This document shows positions 23,815 to 38,867 of a stretch of DNA of 64,000 nucleotides, one piece after another. The position numbers and the translations under genes are program-made. Source of the stretch: the human T2T-CHM13v2.0 reference genome, Homo sapiens; NCBI RefSeq assembly GCF_009914755.1, contig NC_060942.1; one strand, 5' to 3'. A model generated the notes under the pieces. The model was not told the origin of the DNA. It saw nothing but the letters and a program-made list of their open reading frames with translations, and did not search any database. Position 1 is the stretch's first letter, and each line of letters starts with the position of its first letter.

Positions 23815-25667
23815 AATTTTATATTGACCACTTCAGGCAAAGCTGTGTTGTTTGGCTGCAGCCCTGGAAGATTAATGTGGAGGCTTTACTGTTCAGGTCC
23901 CCAATCCTTGCTGTCTGTACCATGAAAGATCTGCCTTAACAGAGGAAACACAGGCCAGGGTGACCATTAACAATATTTAAAATGGACATTTCAAGATTAA
24001 AGCCAAATTACATAGTTTGTTTAAATTAAGTAGGACTTTGGCATAGAACTACAAAATGCTTAAAATCTCCAGGACTCAAATAATATTCCAGAAATAATAT
24101 GTTTGAATTTTATAGTATTAAAATTAAACTTTTTTAAGTTAGGAGGAAAATCTTCTCTTTAATGCTGCACAGTAAATAGAAAGGTAAATAATCTCTAATG
24201 GAAAATGTAATCTACTCTCAGAGTCTTATTTAAACAGTGTCCCAGAGTGGTTTAAGAACAATTCTAGATGTGGAATTGGGAAATAAGAGATGTTGATTAG
24301 GGAAAAACAATATCTACTTGGAGAATATATTTTAAAAATAAGTATAAGCCCTTTATAGTTCTGAGAATGTTTTCACATACATTATTTCTTTCAAGCTTCA
24401 GGCAAAGCAGGAGACAGATAAAGGGAATGCTGTTCTTCCCATTCTCAGAGGGGACCAAGGTCAAGAGAGGTCAATCCACCAACATCAACAACTCTTGTAG
24501 CCTAGCTGGGACTTGTGACCTCATGCCCCTCACACCCATCTCTTGCTCTACATTCAAAGATGAAAAGAGAAACTCTTCTGTAGTGCATGCTAATTATCTG
24601 GGACCCCCCCCAAACCAGAAGTCATTGAAAAAAACCATAATGTTCATTTGTAATCTGTTATTTTAAATATACTCATAATTTAAACCTGGCTCCACCTCCC
24701 CTTGAATCTAGAATACTTTCTCTACTTGCTCAGGTGATCAGCATTTTACAATTTGAAGATATAGGATCTATATATAATAATATCAAAGTGGAGTCCAAAC
24801 AGAGAACCGTCATTGAAATGTGATTGTGGAAACTTTTAGGGAAGGAATCTTCTTTCCTTCAAAGGTTTAAAACAAGGTTGATCATAACCACTGGGGGTGA
24901 ATATTAGAGTCAGCTAGGGAGGCAGAAAAACTGTAAGTCTTCAGGCATGAATGTGGGAAGGTCTGTGCCCTGGGGAGACCTACATATTTTCTGGAAGAAT
25001 AGAGGACCTTCTACCCCCAGTGAATACCTAAGAATTTGTTGAGAAACTTATTGTGCTGTTTCGATTTTCCTAAGCCCAAATAAAATGGTTCACAGAGGTC
25101 AAAAAACCAAAAACAAAGCAAAAAACGCATAAAAATTGAATAAGCTTATAAGGGCTTTTCCAAAAATTTGCTTCTCAATGTGTCAGCTGGCAAATACATA
25201 TGTGCTTTTGAGCTTATGTTCCTTATATCATTGATTGCATCATTACAACGTGCCTTAGAACCAATATGTTCTAACTCATATATCCTGTTTTATTATGAAA
25301 AATTCCCAAAAACACTAAGGAAAGGAAAAAAGCAGAATGAACCCACCATCTCCCCGTTTTAATAACTAACACCATCTTGCTCAATTTATTTCATCTATTC
25401 CAGCACCACCCCCTGCCACTTCTTTGCTGCAATATCTTAAATCATATTCAACTATTATGTTATTTCTCAAATGTACATGTTGAAGAAAAATAAGGACTTT
25501 TTTTACATTACTACAAAGTCATTATCACCCTAACATAATTAACAGTGATTCCTGTTTATATTCAGATTTCCCAATTTGTTTCAAAACTCTCTTTACCATT
25601 GACTTACTGAACTGGTATCCAAACAAGGTTTGCACTTTGTAATTGGTCATTCCCTTAAGTCTCTTAA

Positions 25668-26095
<428 letters not shown>

Positions 26096-26589
26096 TAGAT
26101 TATATTCAGGATCAATAGAATTTTTTGGCAAACACACTTCATAGGCGATGCTGTGCACATCACGTTGCATTATATCTAGAGGTATGTGATGTCTTGTTGC
26201 TCCATTTTTGGTGATGCTAAGATTGATCACCGGGTTCAGGTGTGTCACCCTGGTTCCTTGCCTGTACAGCTCCCATCAATGGTGTGAGCATCCATTGATG
26301 ACCTCTGCCTGAATCAGTTATTTCACCAGGGGTACAAGTCTATCATTTCCTCTGATCAACAGCTGGAATTATTCTTGATAACAGAACTTTCCCTCTTCCA
26401 GTAAGGTTATTTGGTAACCCTGAAATATAGTTCATACTAGAAAAGCAGGATTTTTTTCTCTTTGATTTTTAGTTGTGAGTTGATGCCACAGTGACCTTCA
26501 GTGGCAACCAATGAGTCAGCCATCAGCTTCTTTCTCTTTCACTACAAGCTCATGACTTGTTTGGTACAACCCCATTAGTTTCATTTTTT

Positions 26590-27265
26590 CCCCCTAAAAT
26601 TTTATTGAGATATAACTCACATACCACCCAATTCACCCATTTAGAGTATACGATTCAATGGTTTTGAGTGTATTTAGGGTTGTGCAACTACCACCACAAT
26701 CAATTTTAGAACATTTTTCTTTACCCCAAAAAGAAACCCTGTACTCATTAGCAACCATCCCATTTCCCCTATGCCTACATCAGCATTAGGCAATCACTGA
26801 TCTATTTTACATTCTTGTAGATTTGCCTGTTCTTATACCTATGAGTAGAATTATTGGGTCATACGGCCACTCTACGTTTGATTAGTTGAGGAACAGCCCA
26901 ACTGTTTTACAAAGATGCTGCACCATTTCACATGAAGCAAATTCACACTTCACAAGCAAAGGATGAGGGTTCCGATTTCTCCACAACCTCGCTAACGCTT
27001 GTTATTATATGTCTCTTTTATTGTAGCCATCCGAGTGGGTAAGAAATGGTTTTGATTTGCATTTCTCTGAGACAAACGATATTGTGCATCTTTTCATGTC
27101 CTTATGGGCCAATTGCGTATCTTCTTGGGAGAAATGTCTTTTCAAATCCTTTGTCCACTTTAAAATTTTTCTTTTTATTATTGAGTTATAAGACTTTTAA
27201 AATATATTCCAGATACAAGCCCTCTATTGGATATACGATTTGTAAATAATTTCTCCCATTCTGTA
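26590..27265 (-). mobile_element. L1MB-like 3' fragment
   Basis: ttttattgagatataactcacatacc...ccacaatcaattttagaacatt...atttgtaaataatttctcccattctgtag. Confidence 0.8.
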
Positions 27266-27267
27266 GC

Positions 27268-27446
27268 CCTTCCTTCCTTCCTCCCTCCCTCCTTCCTTCC
27301 CTCCTTCCCTCCTCCCTTTCCTTCCCTTCCCTCTTTCCTTCCTTCCCTCTTCTTTCTTTCCCGCCTTCTTCCCTCCTTCCCTCCATCACTTTATCCCTCC
27401 CTCTTCCTCTCTATCCATCACTTTCTTTCTCTCTTCCTTCCTTTCT
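27268..27446. repeat. (CCTT/CCCT)n polypyrimidine low-complexity tract
   Basis: Read directly from the sequence. Confidence 0.9.
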
Positions 27447-27550
27447 GAACTTTTTTATTCCTTTTTTTTCTCTACCTTGCTAAACTTCCCATGTGTGTCT
27501 CATTTCCCAAGTCTTGGACCTTTCAGAAGACCCTGTACCTGGTTATTCAA

Positions 27551-27875
27551 CAGCGGCACTGTCTAATAGAAATATAATAGAAATATATTGTGAGGCACAT
27601 GCATACTTTCAGGTTTTCTATTAGCCACATTTTTAAAAAGTAAAAATAAATTGGTGAAATTAATGTTAATAACATGTTTTATTTAACACAGTATTTTCAA
27701 AACATTATTTTAATATCAGTATAAAAATTAGTGTGATATTGTAGTTTCTTTTTTCATACTAAATTGGAAAAATCCAGCATATATTTTACACTTACATCAC
27801 ACCTCAGTTTGGAATAACTGGGTTTCAATACCCAAAAGCCACATGTGGCTGGTGCTACCATATGAGAGAGTACAG
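27551..27875. mobile_element. MER33-like hAT-Charlie element
   Basis: gcactgtctaatagaaatataat...agccacatgtggctggtgctacc. Confidence 0.75.
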
Positions 27876-28480
27876 ATCCAGAGACTCATTTGTCTTCCCT
27901 CATGCTGCTGTGGCAGAAATGGACAGTTGCCTCCCAACATTTATTTCACCCTCGGAATTTAAGAATAGAACTTCAAGTTGGGGGTTCTGTTTCTTAGTCT
28001 TCCCCTACTGTTAGGTGTGGTCAAGGCCAAGTTTCCTTCTTATATGTGCAGGATGACTCAGCTCCATTTTGTACATTTTGCTCCTAGAATCAGCCACTTA
28101 TTCATGAAGCCCTTGTGCCTTTAGTGGGAAATGATGTTAATATTCAGAGATCACAGTCTCACAATTAGGCCTTTTGATTAGACAGAGCTAGGAAATACGT
28201 ATCTTTAAAAAGAGGCAAATAATGAGTCCATGCTAGTATTTCCCATTCAGATTTAGGATTAATATATTTGATTTTATATTGGTATCTTTTCTCTAATAGT
28301 GAAAATCTCAGTTCTTAGCATTAATGTAATTAATACTCACTTTATCCCAATATGTACAAATACTGCATATGTGTGTATATCACAGAGCTTCTCAGTAATA
28401 ACACCAATACTATCTTGACAGTGACATTCTGATGTGGAAAATGGTACTGACCTGGCCTAACTAAGATGAAAGAGCTAATG

Positions 28481-28700
28481 TGGGATTTCTCAACCTCAGA
28501 GCTACTGACATTTTCAGGCCAGATAATTCTTTGTGGTGGGACTGTCCTGTGCATTGATGATGTTTAGCAGCATCTCTGGCCCACTATCCACTAGATGCCA
28601 GTAGCACCTCCTCCCCAGCAGTTGTGACAACCAAAATATGTCTTTAGACATTGCCATATGTTTCCTTGGAGGCAAAATCACCCCCAGTTGAGGACCACTG
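28481..28700. mobile_element. MER20 hAT-Charlie element
   Basis: tttctcaacctc...gataattctttgtggtggg...ccactagatgccagtagcacc...cccagttgaggaccactg. Confidence 0.88.
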
Positions 28701-30846
28701 GACTAATCTAAGGATTTGATAAACATCACATAGAGATAAGCTGACACATATTCCACAGCTAAACTCACAATGTTTATTAAAAAAATAAAATAAAATAACT
28801 GAACTTGGTTTTCTTACACATAGTTTATTACATAATTTTTTCTGTATCTTGATTTTATCTTAACAAAATACCCTGCCAATCTTTTCAAATAAGTATATAA
28901 AGTTCTTCCTTGCTCCCTTTATAGCTGCGCAGGGCTCCATTTTGTGTGTATAATAATTTATCCCACCAGCCACCTAATGATAGGCATTTGGGTTAATCCT
29001 ATTAACCCAAATTAAAAAGAATGCTGCCGTGAGCAGCAGTGTGGAGACCACACTTTGTGTATTTGCTAGTGTATCTTTGGGGTAGGTTCCTTGAAGTAGA
29101 TTTTGCTGGGTCAAAGGGCTAATGTGCATGAAAGTATGGTAGAGCCTGCCAAGTTTCCCCCCGCAGAGGTTGTACCACTTTGTATTCCCACTAGTGTCCT
29201 GCTTTCATTACTTAACATGACAGCAAGAACATTTCCAATGTCATTAAATCATCCTTGAAAATTGGATTTTGTAATGGCTGCCCAAAATTCTCACACATAA
29301 ATATACCATCATTTAGTTAATAATTCCTTCCCTGTTGAACATATATGATGATCCCAAACTTTCTCTGTTAGAAATAACACTGAAATGAATTTCCTTGCAT
29401 AAAAATCTTTGACTAAAGTTCTGGTTGTTTCCTTAGGACAGATTTCCGGAAGTCAGTTTACTGTAGCAGAGGGTTTAGATGTTTCTTAAGTCCCTTGTGA
29501 CACATTGCTGATGTCCTTCTATGAGAAAATAGTGTATTTTTTAGCAAGAATGTGGGAACAGATCTTTCTCTTGACTTCAGGGTCTTAGATGAGGGAATAG
29601 ACTTATCTGATTCAAGCAGTCTGTCCTTCTAGGGGAAATAACTAAATCATACCAAGTGATGTAAAGACCCAGTCTTAAAATCCCAAAAGAAATTCCTTAC
29701 AGTTAGTGGCAGTTCTCATCTATTGCATCGTCCGGGGCACTAGGCTATTCTTTACTGCTGGTTGACTTACCACCATTTTCTCTAGACACATAGATTCCGT
29801 CTCAAAGGGGCAATCATTTTCTCCCTTCCCAGCAGTGACAGGTGTGCAGCCTTTGTTTATTCAGCCCTTCTCCTCCAAAGAGCACCTTCCCTAGTCTATA
29901 GCATCACAGAGAGGACCAGAAGAAAGAACAGCTCTTGTGTGTCAATTGATGTATAAACAAGCAAGAAGAGGAATAACAAATGCTGCACCTTCAATATTAC
30001 TGCTTAAAATAATAGCCATGTAAGAAATTTAGTAAACACAGTTAGAATTTGATGTGCCTTGATTGTTGAGTATTCACAAACTCAAGCCTAAGGGTCAGGA
30101 AACAAAATACTGAACAGGCCCATTAAGGCAAATGTCATCTTTAAATACCTATTTAACTCTCTGGGAGTTTGTACAAATAAGGTGTGAAGACTAAATATAT
30201 GAAGCATGCTGAAATTCATGTTTTCCTTGCTGTTTGTAAAAGGGCTAGAAATCCCAGCAACTCTCTTAAAAATCAGACACCTGGTATACCAAGCTCTGGA
30301 TTTAAAAATCCCTAACATTTAGAAGAAAACTTAAGATCCAAGAGATGGAATAAAATGGTTCTGATTCACTTGCAGGGGAAATCAGCAAGGAAAAGAGCTG
30401 TCAGTCAGCAGTGGCTCACTTGTGTCATCGCCTGGTGACTTCAACTTATTTTTTCAGCCAAATTTGAAACCCGCCGGGGCAACTGCTAACAGGGATGTCT
30501 TTCTGTTATCTATGTTAACCTACTTCTTCCTACATGAACCCTCTCCTGCTGGTGTAACATTGCTATAGCAATGCATGCATGTGATTGGAGGGATAAGCAG
30601 ATGTAACCCTTGTTCTTTCCATAGTAACCACATGCATTTCTGGGCTCCAGGAAGAAGCTGTCCTCCCTGCCTGCAATCAAGGTCTTGATTGTGCCTTCAC
30701 TAGATCAACATTTTTCCAAAAGCAGTCTGCCACAGGTCAGCAAGCATTGTGCAAAAAATGAGATCTAGTGGCCTGGTATGTTCAGGAGATACCAAGTTAA
30801 GGACAGTTCAACTGGTTTCCCCCAGCAGGGTTGCTCAATGTCTTTA

Positions 30847-31212
<366 letters not shown>

Positions 31213-31546
31213 CTAGAATCTGGAATGCAGTGGCACCCCCACCACCGTCTCCCTCCCCTTCAGATATCTGCAGGGCTCTGTAGGTCACCTTCAGGGGTCT
31301 GCTCTGATGCCACCCACTCAGCATCCTATTCATAATTGCAGCCCCGGCCCCAGCTCCCTATGCTGCATTCTTGCTTTGTGTTTCTTCCTGTGCTGTTACC
31401 AGAAGTGATACTAATTTGGAATTAATGGCGATTAAGCTTTACAGCCCCTTGATTTCCTGGGACCCTTCCTTGGCTCATGGAGAGTCCCCAGCAATGTCCT
31501 CATGGTCTTCATTTTTGCAAAATTTGTGAAATGGTAGTTTTATTGC

Positions 31547-32082
31547 TGGAACCACTTTTGCAAAAATTATATAACAGTTAGAAGATTATGGCAGTGAAAG
31601 AGATCTGATCTAACCAACCTCCATCTTGCCTTTAATCATTCCTGGGCTCAAGCCAAGCTAACTTTGGGAGACATTTCGTTTATAGTTTAAATGATAATAA
31701 CCCTTTTTGAAAACTATGTGGCCTTCCTAAAGCTAATGCAAGACCACCAGGTTAGAAGGATGAGAGGAGCCTGAAGTCGTTAACTTCCCCAGTTACTCCT
31801 GGAGATAACATCACTATTGTAGAATCTAAGTAAGATTGGCCTTTAGAGATGTCTTTTAAAGTTTTTGCATTTCTGATGACCCACGACTCCACGTGAACCC
31901 ACCAACTAGTCCCATGGCCGCCCCCAGAAGAGGACTACTTTCCATACTCCCATTCAATTGCCCACCAAACTATCCTTGAAAAAGCCTAGCCTCCGAAATT
32001 TGGGGGAGATTGATTTGAGTAATGACTCCATTTCCCATGTGGCGTGGCCAGGCTTGTGTTTATTCAACTCTTTTTTTATTGC
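31547..32082 (+). mobile_element. LTR8-family (ERV1) LTR apparently lacking U5
   Basis: tggaaccacttttgcaaaaattat...gcagtgaaagagatctgatctaacc...ctaactttgggagacattt; similarity stops at ...ttattgc. Confidence 0.8.
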
Positions 32083-32119
32083 AAATAAATAAATAAATAA
32101 ATAAAAGATACTATTTGCA

Positions 32120-32405
32120 GGCTGGGAATGGTGGCTTATGCTTGTAATCCCAGTGTTTTGTAAGACTGAGGCAGGAGGACTGCTTGAGGCCAGCATGGAC
32201 AACATAGCAAGACCTCGTCTCTACAAAAAAATTGTTAAAAAATCAGCCAGGCGTGGTGGTGTGTGCCTATAGTCCCAGCCACTCAAGAGGCTGAGGCAGG
32301 AGAATTGCTTGAGCCCAGGAGTTTGAGGCTAAAGTGAGCTATGATCACACCACTGCACCCCAGCCTGGGCAACAGAGCTGCAACACCCTGTCTCTTAAAA
32401 AAAAA
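32120..32405 (+). mobile_element. Alu (J-like) with a left-arm deletion
   Basis: ggctgggaatggtggcttatgcttgtaatccc... Confidence 0.9.
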
Positions 32406-32611
32406 TGCTATTGTGCTTTGTGACTCTCTATGAAAAATAAGATAAAGCAGTACTTTCCACACTTATCTGACCCCACTCCTTTCCTCAAGGAGTATCTCAC
32501 AAGTCTAGTGTTCCATTTGAAAACCTTTTGGAAGACATTAGTTTGTATTACCTCACCCTGATCTGATGAATGCATTTTTCATTGCAATTGCCTTCAGTCC
32601 TGCCTGTAGGC

Positions 32612-32913
32612 TTTTTTTTTATTTGGAGACAGAGTCTCGCTCTGTTCCCCAGGCTGGAGTGCTGGAGTGCAGTGGCACGATCTCGGCTCACCACAACCTC
32701 TGCCTCCCGGGTTCAAGCAATTCTCTTCCTCAACCTCCCAAGTAGCTGGGATTACAGACACCCACCACCATGCCCAGCTAATTTTTTGTATTTTTAGTAG
32801 AGGTGGGGTTTCACCATCTTGGCCAGGCTGGTCTTGAACTCCTCACCTCATGATCCACCTGCCTCGGCCTCCCAAACTGTTGGGATTACAGGCGTGAGCC
32901 ACTGCGCCCAGCC
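32612..32913 (-). mobile_element. Alu (S-like)
   Basis: Full-length antisense Alu with a small internal duplication (gctggagtgctggagtgc). Confidence 0.94.
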
Positions 32914-33567
32914 TGTTATTCATCTTTAATAGTATTTTTGTGCCTACTAGTGGTCAAACCATTTTGCTTGGAATTACTTACATACAACACTTCACTATCC
33001 CACACAATAATATCAAGCCCATGATCTTCCATGTGTGTTTTACGGGTAAAACCCATATGACGAGGAAAGAAGTATACTGTGCAGGATTTGGTAGGTCCAG
33101 TGGGGAAGGCACATGATGACTAGCAGGAGGTTACTAAGCAGTAACCTTGCTCTTGCTTCGTTCACACCTTACTGTTTGATCTCATCAGACAAAAACAACT
33201 TTCAACCTGGTTATTCTGGCATTACCTTTTCTTCTTCACAGGGTGTAGGTTGACATGCGAATCATACATTTCAAACCACATTTAAAACATTATAAAATTA
33301 TTATAACCATTTTATAGAAAATAGGAGAATTAGAAAAAATACTTCTGATTTCACCACTGTGACTCAAGTATTACCATCTTTGTATCTACCTTTCTGGTGA
33401 AAATGGTTTAGTTATTTATCATCTTTTGCTTCCATATCCTTCTCTGGTAATGTTTTTTGTTCCCAAGAGAAAAACAGTTTTTACTCTTTTGGTTATTTTA
33501 AAGTAATAGTTGTTTATTATAAAAATCATAATTTATATGCTTTATTATTATTTGAAAGTGAGTAGTC

Positions 33568-33984
33568 TTCACAATAGCAAAGACATGGAATCAACCTAAA
33601 CGCCCATCAGTGATAGACTGGATAAAGAAAATGTGGTACATATATACCATGGAATACCATGCAGCCATAAAAAGAACGAGATGATGTCTTTTGTGGGAAC
33701 ATGGATGAAGCTGAAGGCCATCATCCATAGCAAACTAACACAGGAACAGAAAACCAAATACCTCATGTTCTCACTTATAAGTGAGAGCTAAACAATGAAC
33801 TCATGGACATAAGGAGGGGAACAACAGACCCTGAGGCCTGCTTGAGGGTGGAGGGTGGGAGGAGGGAGAGGAGCAGAGAAAAATAACTATTGGGTACTGG
33901 GCTTTGTGCCTGACTGATGAAATAATCTGTACAACAAACCCCCATGACAAAAGTTTACCCCTGAACCTAAAATAAAAGTTTAAA
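33568..33984 (+). mobile_element. 5'-truncated older L1PA 3' end
   Basis: cacaatagcaaagacatggaatcaacctaaa...aataaaag; 13-bp TSD aaagtga(g/a)tagtc. Confidence 0.9.
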
Positions 33985-34049
33985 AAAGTGAATAGTCCCC
34001 TGTAACTATACCATGGACAATGATGTAAGTCTCTCCAAACTCTTTTACA

Positions 34050-34051
<2 letters not shown>

Positions 34052-34080
<29 letters not shown>
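34052..34080. repeat. (TG)14 microsatellite
   Basis: Read directly from the sequence. Confidence 0.95.
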
Positions 34081-34085
<5 letters not shown>

Positions 34086-34861
34086 ACATACACAGAGCAA
34101 CAAAAATGCGTTGTCCTGTAGATACAAGTGATATTTGTTCTATGGCCTGTTTTTTTTCCTTCATTTAATCTATTGTGGACAACTTTGAAAATCTGCCTAA
34201 TCCCACATAAAACTCCATTGTATGTGTGTACCATAATTTATTTGACTTTTCTTTTTCTTGAGCGTTTTTAATCTGGTGCCAGCCTGTTGAACACCTTTTC
34301 CCACTACCATGACTCAGTGCCCTGCTGGGCTCCACGGACACTCTAAGGTCGGGGGGCAGTTCTTCGTTCAGTGTTTAGCTGGAATAGGGCAGGTATTATT
34401 AAAAGGTTTTTTATTCTGGTAGACCGCCTCTCCTCAGTCCTTTGGCTAGCGAGAGCAGGCTTGTCATGGGGTGTTTGAATCTGTGCATGTTAGCAGTTCT
34501 GAATTGCAGGCTTCTCCTGCATTCTATTGGGATAGATGGGAAGTAAAGAGAAAACCCAGGGAACTCACTGCCACACCATTCCTCAAGTCCCAAGGTCCCT
34601 AGCTAGCCAGTCCTCATCTTTCCACCATTCAATGTCTCTCCATGTTTATTTCTTGTATTATATCCAGGGATTTTTAGTTGTAAGAGGGTGAACTAGAGAA
34701 GAATGGGCTACTCCATCTTGGCCAAAGGAAAAGTCTTGTTCATATTTTTGTTCATAAACATAATTTATTTTACACTCTCTATCAGGGGAGTCTATTTCTG
34801 TTGTTAGTTTTTTTCTGCCAGGTCTCATTTATAATGGTTTATTATGTGTTTTGTAATTTTA

Positions 34862-35215
<354 letters not shown>

Positions 35216-36206
35216 TGAACACTTTCTCCCACCCCAAAGTGCAAGGCAGACAAATTTCCCTGGTGCCTTCCATTGCTAGTGGGGAGATTTCCTAATCAAC
35301 CCTTTCATAGTAGGCATGCACCCTTCAGCAATACTGAGTCTTTATGTGGTGGGCCTTGACGCCACCTCCCATCTTGAATGGGTCCAGGACCTTCTATGCC
35401 ATTCTACATGTTGCCTTTAAAACTCAAACCTTTTGTAACCAAGAGACAAACACCCCTAATCAGCCATAGCTTCAACTGCCCAGCTTTCATTTTCAGCTTC
35501 CTCTTTATTTTTGGCCCTTGAGAATTCTGGCCCTGTCTCCTTGAGGGCTCAATTGTGCATTCGAAAGGTATTTCCTATAATTAATTGAGCTTTTTAAGGG
35601 ACTGTATAACAAGAGAAGCTAGTTTATCTTTTTGCTGGAAACAGAGCCAGCCTTCCCATTTTTTTCCTCTCAATTTTGGTAATATATTTTCTGGCAAGAG
35701 TAATTGAGGAATATATCTTCTTTGTTGATACTGTAGCAATTAGAAGTTATTTTCATTCTTCATTATAAAGAAATGATGCTCTCAACCCAAACATCAGTAG
35801 GACATAAACTGAACTGATAGCTGCAGACTCTCCTACAGTATCCTCAGGCCTCATGCTTCTGAACTCACTGCTCAGAATGAGAAGTGGGGTCTCTGTGGAG
35901 GCCACATCTGTCAGCTGATTTTCAAAAGTACTGCCCAGCCACATGGGTTCAATGAATCATCCCCTAAACTCATTGTTTCCATTATTTTCACTAAAGATTA
36001 AAATATAACATCTTATTTCCATTGCCCAAGTTGATGCGGCTTTTCTCTATTGATTAGAACTAATGATGATTATAAAATGCTAAAATTTTCAACAAAGCAG
36101 ATTCACCTTCATAAATAATTCCTGGATGTTAAGGAAGCAGGCCATTTAACATGAAGTAAGTAGCCCTGCACCTAAAGGTCAGTCATGTGTTCAAGTAGTA
36201 TTTCTT

Positions 36207-36704
<498 letters not shown>

Positions 36705-38513
36705 GAAATAGTATTTCTTGAGCACCTGTTGGGTATTTATTCTGCATGATGGAGGGAGGGGGAATCCACATCATATGGTCCATAATCTTTGGCCTCTGGA
36801 AACTGGCAATCTGATTGAACAATCAGTGGGTTAGAAAATAAATGACTATGAGGCGGAGATGCAGCCAGCACCGTGTGATTGGTACAGACAATAATAAGAA
36901 TAAAAATATACAAGGGAAAGAGGCAATTTCTGATGACATATAGTTTTAAAAGCCTTTATGAGGTAGAGAGCACTTGATCTGGGTCTATAAACATGACTCG
37001 ACTTTTGATAGACAAAGTGAAAGTTCCACATAAGGAAAATGGCCTGAGTAGAAACTCAGAACTAGGATGGCAAAAAGTGGATTCTGAGAATGGCAAGCAG
37101 ACCAGTTTGGCCCAAGTGGGAATTGTAGGTGGGGGACAGCTGATGCTGGGCTCACTGTGGAAGACAAAGTACCCTTCAATGCTTAATCATTGGCTCCCTA
37201 TTATCAACCACAGAATGTTAATAAATATTAATTTCCAGAGTTGTCCTGACCACTCACTTCATGGTGTTACATAGACATACTGCAAAGACTTCACTTTTAA
37301 AACTGAAGGTTGGTTTCTCTTATGCTGATAATTTCAACTTAATACATTTTAACTAGTGAAGGAATAAACTAGAATTATGTTGCTTCCACATTCTGTAAAA
37401 TTTGGAATGATCTCTGTCCCAGGAACCCTGGTTTAACAGTGGAGACAGGACGAGGGACTTAGGAAGGTACCTGAGGGTTGGCACAGGGGCTCAGCTGATC
37501 GGGCACAAGGCCTTGAAGCAAGATGTAAACCGTGGAAGTGGCCAGTGGGTGCTGCACCTTTTATCCAGCAGTGGGCCTGGGTCCAGTGGACCAAACTCTG
37601 AGGTCTGTGAGTCTTTGCTGCATTTCACACTTGCTGTACACCAGCAGCTCACACTTGCTGGTAGTTTTGCCCTTTGAGGTGACAGAAGTACCAGAAAAAC
37701 AAAAGAAAGGAGACATTAAAACAGAGTAACTAGGTTCAAAACTCAAAGTGCAGGGACTAAGGGGAGTGCTTTCTGGTTGCCACAGGTTAAATTTTTTTAT
37801 ATAAATATATTGGCATAAAGAATGATTCCTGGGTACATTCCACTTGTCCTTCGTTTCCTCCCTTGTATATGATTATTGATGTCATGAAAAGTGCATTCAT
37901 CAGGCCTGGCTGTCAGAGAGTTGCACTTATTTTGTGCCCACAAGCAGTTTTGAGGTAAATCTCTTGCTTTAGGGCATTAGCTAATCAATACAGACATCTG
38001 TAGTGAGGGATTGTTTTCCACATCATCTACAAGACTCCATTTTCCTAGGGCATTCTGGAGGGTTCTGGACTTCCTTTAGACAGGAAGTCACTCTGGATGG
38101 GACAGGGACAGCAGGAAGAAGGAGTCCCTGTGAAAGAATCTTTCTTCTTTAGCAGCCTGTCTTTTAGAAGCAAGTAGCTGATCCAAAGTAAAGGCCTTGG
38201 AAGAAAATATAGCAACTGCTCATTACCCTGTGCTCTGCCATTTCTAGGGGCTTATTTTCTCTTCCCTTGGGGTTTTCAGTCTGATATCAGCTTATTTTTT
38301 CTTTGAAATTTACAGGATCAATGATCCCACATGCCAAGGCCCAACCCTCCATATTACTGCCTTTAATTACATATAAGGAAGAGGGCATCTTGTTTCTGTA
38401 TATTGGAGGCATAGCAATGACTATACACATGGCAGGCAGTAAATACTGCTGAACGGCACTGAATTCCTAAAATATAAATGTAATGATTTAGCTTCCCTGT
38501 TAAAAGATCTCCC

Positions 38514-38867
<354 letters not shown>

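Noticed and set aside
27186-27448. Low-complexity E/G/R/K-rich and P/S/F/L-rich ORFs
   Set aside because: They are translations of the (CCTT)n tract.
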